A stretch of DNA of 62,993 nt, filler included, from Chiloscyllium plagiosum (Eukaryota): the NCBI RefSeq assembly GCF_004010195.1. It is 4 parts of one record of this genome, joined end to end, with 100 filler letters (N's around TTAATTAATTAA, not from the genome) between each part and the next. Parts side by side here need not be neighbours in the genome. Positions count along the whole stretch, not along the records: positions 33,683 to 52,900 come from NC_057717.1; positions 53,001 to 62,993 come from NC_057717.1; 2 more parts are not named here. One strand, given 5' to 3'. A program made the position numbers and the translations under genes. Below the pieces are notes generated by a model. The model did not search any database and was not told the origin of the DNA. It saw nothing but the letters and a program-made list of their open reading frames with translations. The first letter of the stretch is position 1. Each line of letters begins with the position of its first letter. Positions 50,241 through 62,993 of the stretch are shown here, piece after piece.

Positions 50241-52329
50241 AAAATGACTGTCGAGAAGGGTCTAAAGCCAGCAGTTGTACACATAAGAGGGACATCCGGA
50301 GGCCATAAAGGGGACATGAGATAGTTCTGGCAAAAATGGTTAAGCAGAATCCAAAGGGACTCTACACATACATTAAGGACAAAAGATTAACTCAGGAGAG
50401 TTTTGTGCCACTCAAAACTCAGCAGGTTGCCGATGTGCAAAACCGCAGGAGATGGAGGCGATACTAAACAAGCATCGTGCGTCAGTAATGGTTGTGCGGA
50501 AGGATATGGAAGCTAAAGGACTTTAGAAGTAAACCGTGACATCTTCAAAAGTGCCTGTATTACAGCGTAGGAGATGCTGGAGTTCGTAAAGCCCGTAAAG
50601 GTGGGAAAATCTCCAGGACCTGATCAGATGTTCCCTAGAAATCTGTGGAAAGTCTGAGATGTGATTGCTGGGCCCCTTGCTGAGATGTTTGCATCGTCAA
50701 TTGTCACAGATAAGATGCTGGAAGATAGTAGGCTTGCAAACTTGGTGCGATTACTGACAACGTTTAAGAAGGATGGTAAGGAAAAGCTAGTGAGCCTGAC
50801 TTCAGTGGAGGCCACGCTTTTGGTAAGGATTATGAGGAATACGGTTTGCAAGGATTTTGAAAAGCAAGGACTGATAAGTGATAGGCAATATGGTTCGAAG
50901 CATGTAAAGTTGTGTCTCGCTAAATTGACTGAGTATTTTTGAAGAAGTGACTATGAGGATTCATTGAGGCAGAGGTGTACATTATTGATATGGACTTCAG
51001 TAAGACATTTGACAACTTCTTGCATGGTAGATTGGTTAACAAGTTTAGTTCCTATGGAATATATGGAGAACTAGCCATATATACAGAATTAGCCCGAAGG
51101 CAGGAGACGGAGGGTGGTGGTGAAGGATTGTTTTTCGAACAGGAGGGTTGTGACCATTGGTGTGCTACAAGGATTGGAGCTGGCTCCACTGCTTTTCACT
51201 ATTCACATAAATCATTTGGATGTGAACATTGCAGCAATAGTTGCTAAGTTTGCAGATGACACCAAAATTGATGGTGTAGTGGACAGCATAGAAGGTTTAT
51301 CTCAGAGTACATTGCAATCTTGATCAGATGGTCAGATGGGCTGAGAATTGGCAGATGGTTTTTAATCTATATAAATAGAAGGTGCAGCATTTTGGAAATG
51401 CAAATCAGGGCAGGACATATATACTTAATGGTAAGGTCCAGGGGAGTGTTATTGAACGAAGAGACCTTGGAATGCAGGTTCATAGCTTCTAGAAAGTAGA
51501 TTCGCAGGTACATAGGATAGTGAAGAAGGCATTTGGTATGCTTGCCTTTATTGGCCAGTGCTTTGACTATATGAATTGAGTGGTCATGGTCCTGCTGTAC
51601 AGCACATTACTTTGGTCACTTTTGGAGTACTGCATTCAATTCTGGTCTCCGTCCTTTTGGAAATATATTATGAACCTTGAAGGGAGTCAATACAGATTTA
51701 CAAGGATGTTGCGAGGATTGGAGCTATAGGGAGCATGCGAGTAGGTTAGGTTCCTTTATTCCTGTAGCGTGAAGAGCAAGCATAGGGTGTAAACCAAGGT
51801 CTTTTTTCCCAAAACTAGAGAGCATCGATTTCCGATGAGAGGGAAAAGATTTTAAAATGACCTAAGGCGCAACTTTTTCCCACAGAGGGTGGTGCATGTG
51901 CGGAATGAGCTGCTAGAAGAGGTGGTGGAGGCTTTTACAATTACAACGTGTAAAAGGCATTTGGATGGGTACATGAAGAGGAAGGGCTGACATCGATATT
52001 GGCCAAACGCTGGCAAATGTAATTAGTTTAATTTGGGATATCCCATCAGCATGGACGAGTTATACTGAAGCATCTTATTATGTGCTGAACATCTACGAGA
52101 CTCTGACTCTATCTGACCTTGCCCCAACATCGTATTAATTCATCATTCCCGGGCATACTAAACTATGTTGCTAGATATGGTCGAAATGTCTTCATTTCAG
52201 CATTCTGAAACCTGCAAACACATCCTTCCATAACACTGACTCAGAGTCTCTCTCCCTCTGTCTATTTCCCAAATCCCTCCCATTTATTAACGTTTAAACT
52301 GCTTCCCCGCCATCTAGTGTGAATTGCGG

Positions 52330-52900
52330 AGAAACTGAGATCTGCAGATGCTGGAGATCAGAGCTGAAAATGTGTTGCTGGAAAAGCGCAGCAGGTCAGG
52401 CAGCATCCAGGGAACAGGAGAATCGACGTTTCGGGCATAAGCCCTTCTTCAGGAATGAGGAAAGTGTGTCCAGCAGGCTAAGATAAAAGGTAGGGAGGAG
52501 GGTCTTGAGGGAGGAGCGTTGGAAATGCGATACATGCAAGGAGTTCAAGGTGAGGGTGATAGGCACGAGTGGGGTGGGAGCGGAGAGGTAAGGAAGAAGT
52601 TTGCAGGTTAGGAAGGTGGTTCTGAATTCGATGGATTTGACTGAGACAAGGTAGGGGGAGGGGAAATGAGGGAACTGGTGAAATCCGAGTTCATCCCTTG
52701 TGGTTGGAGGGTTCCTAGGCGGAAGATGACGCGCTCTTCCTCCAACCGTCGTGTTGTTGTGGTCTGGCGATGGAGGAGTCCAAAGACCTGCATATCCTTG
52801 GTGGAGTGGGAGGGGGAATTGAAATGTTGAGCTACAGGGTGGTTGGGTTGGTTGGTCCGAGTGTCCCAGAGGTGTTCTCTGAAACGCTCCACAAGTAGCC
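52330..52900 (-). mobile_element. Penelope-like element 3' part (GIY-YIG C-terminus plus terminal repeat)
   Basis: ERFREHL...PVAQHFNSPSH...RRLEEERVIFRLGTLQPQGMN. Confidence 0.9.
52423..52453 (-). ncRNA. Minimal hammerhead ribozyme, intact core
   Basis: CTGAAGA-A-GGGC TTAT GCCC-GAAAC-GTCGA. Confidence 0.7.
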
Positions 52901-54585
52901 NNNNNNNNNNNNNNNNNNNNNNNNNNNNNNNNNNNNNNNNNNNNTTAATTAATTAANNNNNNNNNNNNNNNNNNNNNNNNNNNNNNNNNNNNNNNNNNNN
53001 ACCTTTTTTGGATTACCGTGATACAGGCTTATCTGCCACTCTCAGAAGGGCTTTTATACAGCCCTGACGATATTATCTAATGAATCTTATATCCAAAGAG
53101 GAAGAATAATGAACATAAAAACGGATATCAGTTAATGCTCTTGAAAAACGAGAGCGATCATTTTGTTACGCTGAGCTGCATTATTTATTCATTATTTATT
53201 GTTTATTTTTGTTTTTCTTCTCTCCGTTTAGTGTTTTTAACTTGTTTTGTATGTATATGCACATGCGTGTAATTTTGATCAGTTATTTGAGTTGTGTTGT
53301 TAGTGGTTTATTATAATATTAAAAAACCTATTTTTGAATAAAGATATATTTAAAAATATTAAAATACTAAAATTGATAGAATAGAGTCCCAAAGAACTCT
53401 CATTAGAGAGACCACTTATGGTGTTTTTTCCTGAGGGTCACCACACCTCGGGTGATGGGGTGACGCTGAGAGACTGTCCCATTCATGGTAACCTCTGTCA
53501 GTGTGAGGAACTGAACCTGCGCTGTTGGCCTCCCTCTACATCACAAACCTGCCGTACAACCAACTAATTGGGAGATTGTGTAACTGTTACACACAGAAAC
53601 AGGCACAGGCAAAGTGCAAGAGAAACATTAATAACAAGGAAAGTGGTACAATTCAGATAACGGTGAAGATAACGGCTGAGGGTAAAAACGTTCGCTGCTC
53701 GAAATTCTATTTTATAACAAGGCGTGTTTACAAGCTGTTTTTGGTTTAATATCATTAAGGTGACTCAAGTGAAATAACCAGAATTACTAAGTGTGATTGG
53801 ATATATAAAACCATAAAATATGTGTAGATTTTTGTTTGGTCTGTGTAAAGCATGCTGACCATTGCATGGAAGTATATAGTTGATGGAATATACCGTTCGG
53901 AGAGTGCGTTCCATGGGAAATGCCCTCAAACAGCCGCTTGAAGAAAGCTGGGGTAAAATTGCCTGAGTGCCGTCTGGACTGTGACAGGAACCCCGGGGGT
54001 TGAATGACTTAAAATTTCCTGTAACATGGAGCTGAGAAAGTATCAGATCAGCCGGGACCTTATTAAATGCTAGACATGATTGAAGGGCTGAATGACCTCA
54101 ACATGCTTTGAAATGTGTGTTATTTGGAAAACGTGCATCTCTACTCCTTCCACTTATGTGTTACAGACTGGGGCACTGCCATTTTCGTGAAACTGGGCAT
54201 TATTTGGAACACTTTCTGGAACATTTCATAATTGGTATTCTCCGGAATATTCTCTGACTGTGTGGGGGATATTGCAAAGGCGAGAGAGAGAGAGAGAGAG
54301 GGGGAGAGTGAAGCTGCTGCATGCCGCAGTGAGAGTGGTGGAGCATGAGCCTTGTTCATGCTATAACAGATATACAGTGAGTGTGAGGGAGCAGAGAGAA
54401 TATGGTGACCCTTACCCTGACAGAGCGGGGAAGGTTATTGGTGCCTGTCCTGTATTGCTGGACATTTCTTCAGGCCGCAGAAACTGTACTGAGCTGGGTG
54501 CTGAGCACAGACCATGCTCGGTGGGTCTGGTGGTATGGCCCCCTCTAGGAAGGGAAGGTCCCCCTCTGTACTTGCCCATCCACTA

Positions 54586-54680
54586 TTCCTGATGAAGGGC
54601 TTTTGCCCGAAATGTCGATTTCGAAGCTCCTTGGATGCTGCCTGAACTGCTGTGCTCTTCCAGCACCTCTAATCCAGAAT
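54586..54680 (+). mobile_element. Penelope terminal fragment with hammerhead core, inserted in unit C
   Basis: CTGATGA-A-GGGC TTTT GCCC-GAAA at 54589-54612. Absent from units A and B. Confidence 0.75.
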
Positions 54681-55304
54681 CCACGATGCAAACCATGCAC
54701 TGTCAACAAACCGTGTCATAATTGGCCCTTATCTGCCATGCTCGGAGTAAACTATACAGGGCAGCTCCAAACTGAGGAAGCTCATCCGTGTGCCCCTTGG
54801 CTTTTTAAAGATGGCACCAGTGCTAGGGAACACGGACTATCTAGGGACATCCGAGCGACTGTGAGTACCTCCAATCATGATGGGTGGGAGAATCGGGCTG
54901 GCATTCAATGAGATGTGGGTTGTGTGGGTAGTATTTAATGAGGTGTGTTCGATAAGATAGCACCAGGAAACTAGCTCAGCTTCGTACAGACAATCCCTCT
55001 GTCACGCTCAATGACAATGACACTGAGACAAATGACTGTTTTATACAGCTCAATGAGCCGAAGACTCTGCTGTCCAACACTCCCAGTTACAAAGCTGCAG
55101 AACAAATGCTCATTCAAAATTCTCCATCGCCTGAACTCACAGCTATATTCCATTCACTCATAATTCTTCATAATACTAACCCTTGTTGCATGATTCTATC
55201 GAAATGTCTTCATATCAGCATTCTGAAACCTGTGAACAAATCTTTCCATGACATTTTATCTCAGTCTGTCCCTCTCTGCCTCTTTCCCGAAGCACACGTA
55301 TTTA

Positions 55305-56878
55305 CAGTCATACGTTTCTACTGCATGGAAACAGGCCCTTCGGCCCAATGGTACATGCCGACCAAAATGTGTACCACACTCACCCCATTTCCCTGCCCTT
55401 GCTCCTTTCCTATCCATGTATTTATCTAAATACCTTTTTAATATTGTTATTCTTACCACCTCAACCACTTCCACTGGCAGCTCAGTCCATATGCAAAACA
55501 CAGTTTGTGTAAAAAAGTTGACCCAAAGGTTCCTTTTTATTTTTGTTCTCTCCAAACATTAATGGATGTCCACTAGTCCTTGGTTCCCCAACCTTGCAAA
55601 AAAATTTGAAATATTCACCCTATGCATGGTTTTCATGACTTGATAAGAGCTACACTTCCATATAAACCCCCTCAGTTTTCTACGCTGTAAAGAAATATGT
55701 TCTAACATGTCCAACTTCTCCGTATAACTCAGGCCCTTTAGCCCAGGAAACATCTTTGTAAATTCTTTCTACATTCTTTTTTGTTCAATAATATTCTTTC
55801 TAGAGCAAGGTGAACAAAACTGAACACAATACTCCAACTGCAGCCTTACCAACATCCCGTACAACTGCAACATAACGTCCCAACTTCTATACTCAATGCT
55901 CTGATGTAGGTCAGTGTGCCAACAGCCTTCTTCACTGTCCTGTGTATCTGCGACTCAAATTCAGACAACCGTGCACCTGACCTCCAACGTCCTTTTGTTC
56001 CACGACACGCCTTAAGACCCTCTCATTCACCATTAAATTCCCACCTGAATTTGACTTTCCAAAATGAAAGATGTCGCACTTATCTATATTCAACTCCATT
56101 TGCTATTTCTCAGCCCACCTCCCCAGCTGATCAAGGTACTGCTGCAATTTCTGATAATGTTCCTCACTGTAAACGATGCCTCCTATTTTAGTGCCATCTG
56201 CAAACTTACTAACATGCATTGTGCACTCTCGTCTAAATCATTGATCTTGATAACACACAGCAATGGGGACAGTACCGAACCCTGAGGCACTTCACTAGTC
56301 ACAGGCCTCCAATCCGACAAGCATACCTCCACCATAGCCATTTGCTTCATAACGTCAAACCAATTGCGTCGCCAAATTGCTAGTTTACCTTGGAGACCGT
56401 GCGATCTAACCTTCTAGAGCGGCCTTTCATGTGGAATCTTACCAATAGCATTACTGAAATCCGTATAGATTATGTCCACCGCCCTGCCCTCCTGGTTACT
56501 TCCTCAAAAAACAAAATTTGTAAGACATGATCTGCCACGCACAAAGCTATGTTGACTGCTCCAAGTCAAACTTTGTCTTTCCAAATGCATGCATATCTTT
56601 TATCTCAGAATCTTCTCAAGTGGTTTACCGAAAACAGATGTGAAGCTTACTGGTCTATATTTCCCAGGCATTTATTTGCAGTCGTTCTTGAAGAAGGGCA
56701 CTACATTTGTTACCGCCCAGTCTTCCGGGACTTTGGCCCCTGAACTGTCTTCTCTCGCCTCTTGAAGTGCTCTTGGATATATCTGGTCAGGACCAAGGGA
56801 TTTATCTGACTTTAATATTTCTAATATGTCCAAGAGCATCTCTACTGTGATATGGACGGTACCAAGATATGACAATTA
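55305..56878 (-). mobile_element. Decayed CR1 LINE 3' half
   Basis: FFTQTVFCIWTELP, KSLGPDQIYP, NVVPFFK. Confidence 0.85.
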
Positions 56879-58789
56879 NNNNNNNNNNNNNNNNNNNNNN
56901 NNNNNNNNNNNNNNNNNNNNNNNNNNNNNNNNNNNNNNNNNNNNNNNNNNNNNNNNNNNNNNNNNNNNNNNNNNNNNNNNNNNNNNNNNNNNNNNNNNNN
57001 NNNNNNNNNNNNNNNNNNNNNNNNNNNNNNNNNNNNNNNNNNNNNNNNNNNNNNNNNNNNNNNNNNNNNNNNNNNNNNNNNNNNNNNNNNNNNNNNNNNN
57101 NNNNNNNNNNNNNNNNNNNNNNNNNNNNNNNNNNNNNNNNNNNNNNNNNNNNNNNNNNNNNNNNNNNNNNNNNNNNNNNNNNNNNNNNNNNNNNNNNNNN
57201 NNNNNNNNNNNNNNNNNNNNNNNNNNNNNNNNNNNNNNNNNNNNNNNNNNNNNNNNNNNNNNNNNNNNNNNNNNNNNNNNNNNNNNNNNNNNNNNNNNNN
57301 NNNNNNNNNNNNNNNNNNNNNNNNNNNNNNNNNNNNNNNNNNNNNNNNNNNNNNNNNNNNNNNNNNNNNNNNNNNNNNAGAGCATGTACCTGTGTTTGTG
57401 AACATTGGCGAGTTGAATGGAAAAACAGTGTATTTTTCTGGAGGCAATATAAATCTTGAAATATTTTAAAACTAAACGCGTTTAGAAAAAGCAACGTTTT
57501 TCTACAGTTTACACATTAATGATGAGACCACTTTCACTTTATAAGTGTGTCTCCTTATTATTGAGCCTTTGAGTAAGGAGAAAAGCTGCTCTCTGTTCAC
57601 CCTGTCCATACCCCTTATGCTGTTAAACACCTCCATTAGGAGCACCACGGAACCTCTTCATTGGTTAAAAGTAAAATCCAATAAATCGAGTCTCCCTTCA
57701 GTTTGAGTACTCTCTTGTCTTGTTACTTCTGAAATGTATCACATTTATCAGTGTAAAATTTCATCAACGATTGATCTGAACCATAGGTTTATACCCTCCT
57801 GTACCTTCACACGTTCTTCCTGACTGTGACCACCATCTCATCTTTGTGTCATCCACAACATTATTTATCGTTTCCCCCAATATCCATCACTTCTATTCTT
57901 CTCATCATCTTTTATGAAGTTTACTATTTAGCCTTGATTTTCTTCAGATGTAGTTCACAGGAAAAGAACTGAGAAATGCATTCTCTTGATTTTTTCCTAT
58001 TTCGATTAATTTACAGCGTGATGCAGTTGAGGTTTTTTCTTATGAGAGAGCCACACATTTTATTTTGGACATGGAGCTGAATTCCCTTGTTATACTATGC
58101 GCCTTTGTATATTTTATTCAAAAGGCTTGTACGTAATTAATATTGGATTTGGTTTAGATGGTTTTCACTGCAGCATTTGTGTTTTACATGGACCTGGGTA
58201 ATGTTCGTTGTATCGTTCCCTGCAACAGTCAGAGCTGAAGGAACTTTCTGTCTGTTCGATGGACACAGATTCATAATTTTGTTTGAAAGAGCTATAGAGA
58301 TGATGATAAAGATTCAATTAAATTCTATATATAGACTCACAGCAGGAGATTAAATTATATCGCCAAGTCACCTTAAATTGGAAACAAATTATTAAAATAT
58401 ATGCCCACTTTTCTTCATATTGTAAAAACAGGTCCAAAAAATGTTCTTAGAGCAGCATGAATCTTACAGCTGCTCCTGGGATTGCAGGCAGTCAAATATT
58501 TAATGTAGTCTTTTTTTGCAGTTGATATAGTTATCATAGTTTATTAATTTAACATTTTTTTCTGTTTTGTTTTATTAACATTCAAAAGCAAACAAAAGAA
58601 CAGCAAAGCAACTCACGATTTTCTTTCAAACTAATATCTTAATAAAAATCTTTTTAAGGTTGGTTTACAAAAAAAAGAAATGTCTATTTATGATTTTTAA
58701 AAAAACTGATTACTTTCTCAAAACAAAAAAATGTTTGCAGTGTAACAAAAGAAACATTTTAAAACATAAATAGACAGATAGATGGATGT

Positions 58790-61050
58790 CTGTCTGGAAA
58801 GATAGGAATGTGGTTCAAACCTCTCTTGTGGCTATTCCTCTATCAAAATGATTTTCAGTTTTTATAACTGCTGAAGGGGTCTGTCACTCTGAGGAAAATG
58901 GAAGAGCCATCAGTTATTGGACACTTGGAATGATTCTTACGTTTGGCCGCGTTTGAGAAGATTTTGAAGAATTATTGCTACAGTGGATGCTTCTGTCAGG
59001 GGCAACAACAGAAGGTTCCAAGGCAGTGGCCATGGATTTATGATTGTGTGTTGCTTTCCTTGTGCTAGGATTAAGAACGCCTCTAAACGTTTCAAGCACA
59101 TTGTTAAAGCTGAGATTGAGTAGCCAGAAATTATTGTACATATTGGTAGGAATGATATTTTAGGGAAAGATTAAAGCAGTACAGAATTAATTTAAGAGGG
59201 GAGGTCAAAGATTAAAAATAAAACCTTAAAAGTAGTAGTTTCTGGTTTACTCCCAATGCCAACCCCAACCGGGAACGAACAAAATGTAAAGGAGAAAAAA
59301 CAATGGCTGAAGAACTGCTATGTTGTTGAGGGATTTAGATATTTGGGTAAAATGAATCTACTTTAGAATAGAACAGAGCTGTTCAGAAAGCATTGGTCTA
59401 ATATAAACTGGAAAACAACCAATATCTTAGAAGGGAGATTTGTTCATTCTATGTCGAGAGACTTTATATTGATAGAGACAACAAGGGGGATATTCCAAGT
59501 AGCATAACAAATGGTAGGATGGATGGAGAAGTTTATGAATGTGAGGAGAGCATGGCAATTAGAAAAGAAAGACGAGTGAGTCAAGAGTATATAGTAATTC
59601 TGAAGCACTCAATTGCATTTATTCCAATGTAAGGGGTCTGACAGGGAAGGCTGATGAACTCAGAGCATGTTGAAGAACATGGGATTGGGACATCGTACTT
59701 ATTACAGGAAGTTGGTGGAGAGATGTTCAATTCAAGAGTGTAGTGCTGGGAAAGCATAGCAGGACAGGCAGCATGTGAGAAGCAGGAAATTCGACGTTTT
59801 GGCAAAAAGCCCCTCATCTGGAATGAGCTGATGAAGGAATTTTGCCTGAAACAGCGATTTTCCTGCTCATCAGATGTTGCCTGACCTGCTGTGCATTTTT
59901 AGCCCCACAGTCTCGACTCTAATCTCCAGCATCTGCAGTCCTCACTTTCGCCTGAGAGATGTTCAAGACTGACAATTCAATGTTTCAGGTGATAAGTGTC
60001 ATAGAAAGGATATAAAATTCATGTGGTTGGTTTTGAGATGGTGGTCTGCCGTTTTTGATTAATGAATAAATTAATGCTGCAACTGGGAAAGATATTTCTG
60101 AAAAATCATCCAGTAAAAATATACGGGTAGTATTAAAAATAAGAAAGTAAAGATCTGTTTGAAGAGATTGCACTAAATGCTCATTTGTGACAAACCGTCC
60201 AATGAAAATATATTTGTAGAAATTAAAAAGAAGTAAGGAAAGAGCACCTCAATGGTATTGTACCGAATGCTCTCCAACAGAAAGAAAGAAATTGAGAAAC
60301 AAACATGTAGGGCAATCTCGGATATATGTAAGCGTAATAAGGTTGTAATAATGGGGGATTTTAATTTTCTTAAAATTGATTGGGACTACCACAGCGTTAA
60401 AGGGTTGGATGGTGAAGAATTTGTCAAACGTTTTCACGAAAGTTTTCTTCATCAATATTTGGATGATCCTAACAGAGAAGGAGCAAAACTAGGTCTTCTT
60501 TTGTGCAATAGTCAAGGCAGGTGACTTAAGTAAATGTGAGTGAATATTTTGGGTATTGCAATATAGCTCTATTAGTTTATAAAGGTTATAGAAAAGAGTA
60601 GACCTGTCATTTTTTTTTAACTGTAGTATCATAAATTTTAATGGCATGGAACAAGGACATTCCAAACTTGATTGGAGTAGACTGTTAGAAGGTAAAACGA
60701 TATCTGAAAAGTGGGAGGCATTCAGCAGTGTGACGACGAGAGTTGAGAGACATTATGTTAACAAGGGACAACTACAGTTATTGAAGTTTTATTCAAGCAT
60801 CAAAGAAAATCTTACTTCAGATATAGACAACTTTATTAAATTGGATCTCTGAATCAATATAAAGAGTATTTGGCATTATTTCGAGAGAAATCAGGAAAGC
60901 AAGAAGGAGATATGAGATAGCATGGCAGAAAAGTTTAAGGACAATCCAAAGGTATTGTGCAACTACAGTAAGAGCAAGAGGGTAACCACCCAAAGGGTAA
61001 GGCTGTCAAAGATCATGAAGGCTATCCATGTTTTGAACCCAGGAGATGGC
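58790..61050 (+). mobile_element. AT-drifted CR1 LINE 5' part (ORF1 esterase-like plus ORF2 endonuclease), with a fold-back Penelope insertion at ~59735-59950
   Basis: IIVHIGRNDIL and VVVSGLLP (SGNH-like ORF1); VVIMGDFN..IDW and PNREGAKL (APE). Confidence 0.75.
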
Positions 61051-61109
61051 GAATAAAATCCCATTCCTGTTTCACTAAACAGCAATAATCACACAAAATT
61101 GGATGCACA

Positions 61110-61400
61110 GCACATTCATCCAGCTTAAACTCTATCAGCTATTTGTTAGCCTATTGGCCCATTTGATCAAGATCCTTTTGTAATCTTAGAAAACCTTCTT
61201 CACTGTCCACTGTGCCACCAGTTTTGCTGTCATCTGCAAACGTACTAACCATGCCTTCCATATTCTCACACAAATCATTTACATAAATGACAAACAATGA
61301 AAATCCAGAACCAAACTCTGTGGGACACTCTGGGTACAAGCCTTCAGTCTGAAAAACAACCGCCCACCATTACTCTCTGTCTCCTGCTATTGCACCAATC
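61110..61400 (-). mobile_element. CR1 RT fragment
   Basis: LFVIYVNDL...STFADDSKTGG...LQKDLDQ. Confidence 0.85.
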
Positions 61401-62359
61401 GAAATTGATAAAGAGAAACCATATAGTTCTGGCAGTATTTGAGTCCAATACGACTTGTTCAGAACAGGTTCATAGAAGACTCGATATGTTAACTCTATGT
61501 CGCTGCCCAGAGCCTGAATCATCTATTGCATTTATCCATCATATTTCATTTGTATTTCAGATTTTTACTATCTCTAATATTCTTCTTTTTCTTTGATTGG
61601 TCTAGATGCTGGACTCGGTTATATTTGGACCATATGTTTCATTCCTGTTCCCATCACTTGTGCCAGTGACGCATGTATTACAGTAGACTCTGTTTCCTCT
61701 TTAAGTTCTGCAAATAAATGCGCGGATCTCATCAAAGTGATTTTCATTTAAAAGGCCTTTTAGGGACAGCTGCACTCGATGAAAAAACAGAAATAGCTTA
61801 TTAATTATGACATGGTCTGTGCGTTTTATGACTAAAATTGTCTCTGAATATTTTCAATGTATTTCTCTGAATAATTTCAGCAAATATGGTTGTCATGTAG
61901 CTCATCATATCTGTACCAGCTCGGTATGAGCTGTATCCTCACTCTGACTCTGCTGTAACTCATTGTAACTCAATATATTTTATTATCTGTGTCTGCTTTT
62001 ATTTCTGAATATCCCATCCAGGTGTAAACAATCTCGACAACCTGTATAACCTGTGATAAAACAGTCTCTATATAAAATATAATTGTGTACATCACATTTA
62101 AAGTTGTCCTGTTCTGTTCACATTATCGTTCAACATTCCATGTGCCGAAAGTCATCCGTTTTCTTGCTCTGCATTTCATTTCATTCCATTTGTCAGAAAG
62201 AGTAATGGTTGAATACTCGTGACTGGGAGATATTGTTGCACTCCCCTCAGGTCTCCTCAGCCATTGGCCACAGTCCTTTCTGTCTCATAGCCATTATCAT
62301 ATTCATTCCATCCCATACTCATTAATTCATGACTTTTAATGAACAAGGTTTTTGTACCT

Positions 62360-62990
62360 TGTTATGGACCAAGCCCGACCCCTCAAAACATTTTGAAGCA
62401 CATAGCCCAGACCGTAATGTTGTAATTTGTTGAAGGGAAGTGTATCGTGGATATTCCCAGAGTGAATTAGCTGGTCCGGCTGCCGACTTTTAAACAAACA
62501 GAATGTATTTGCAAAAATAAGGAATGAAACACAACGAACAGAAAATACCTTACCTGAATAATCCATCCTATCTGAACCTGACAGGCTACCTCGAATTAAT
62601 AATGCTGATCCAAATTACTTACAACAATCCCAATAAACAAGCACCTGAGCACAAAAAAGTAAAATTAAATAATAAAATTACAGGTTAAGGAGTCAGAGGT
62701 CTGAAGGAGGGGGAGAGCATCCAGTTTCAACAGTGAACCTGACTCAGCTAACCCTCGAACTGAACTGACCTGAGCAGCTGGAGAGCTGGTCACATCCCCT
62801 TGATTTCAACAGTTTTCTTTTTGATAGAGACGTGAAAGCCTTCTGTCCGAAGCATTATCTGTTAGGTAAAAAACAAAACCCCCAATGAAGCTTTCAAAAT
62901 TGAGACATGTTGGAACTTTGGGTTGGTTAGAACCTCTCTGAAAACAGTTCAAGAACAACATAACCTTGTAAAGAGACCATCTTTGTGACA
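62360..62990 (-). mobile_element. Probable solo LTR related to 28342-28952
   Basis: TGTTATGGACC...TTGTGACA; termini similar to the other element in opposite orientation. Confidence 0.5.
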
Positions 62991-62993
62991 ACT

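Larger units (their letters stand above)
49400..52110 (+). mobile_element. Long decayed CR1 LINE ORF2 (EN tail-RT-3' end) inserted in unit B
   Basis: HNSISFKI, LNWRKANF, KSPGPDQ, DFSKTFD, GVLQG, KFADDTKI, and 3' QRVV. Confidence 0.9.

Overview
Repeat-rich vertebrate genomic DNA, very likely from a shark or other elasmobranch. This is inferred from HE1-type tRNA SINEs, CR1/HER1-type LINEs and Penelope elements. I found no intact cellular gene. Main contents: (1) a 5.2-kb internally deleted class I (gamma/epsilon-like) endogenous retrovirus on the minus strand (10257-15485) with a tRNA-Pro-like PBS, gag, protease fused in frame to the integrase C-terminal domain, env, PPT and a truncated 3' LTR; (2) a ~9.9-kb 65-bp satellite with higher-order structure, plus 38-bp and ~32-bp minisatellites; (3) many decayed CR1 LINEs, HE1 SINEs, Penelope fragments with hammerhead-ribozyme cores, and two solo LTRs; (4) several local segmental duplications, two with a CR1 fragment exactly at the junction; (5) unique inter-repeat islands that repeatedly give decayed Ig V-, J-like, C1- and TM-like motifs with splice signals, suggesting a pseudogenised cluster of non-rearranging V-C1 Ig-superfamily receptors (inference, needs HMM confirmation). 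N-gaps and TTAATTAATTAA linkers are assembly artefacts. All alignments and translations outside the ORF track were done by eye.
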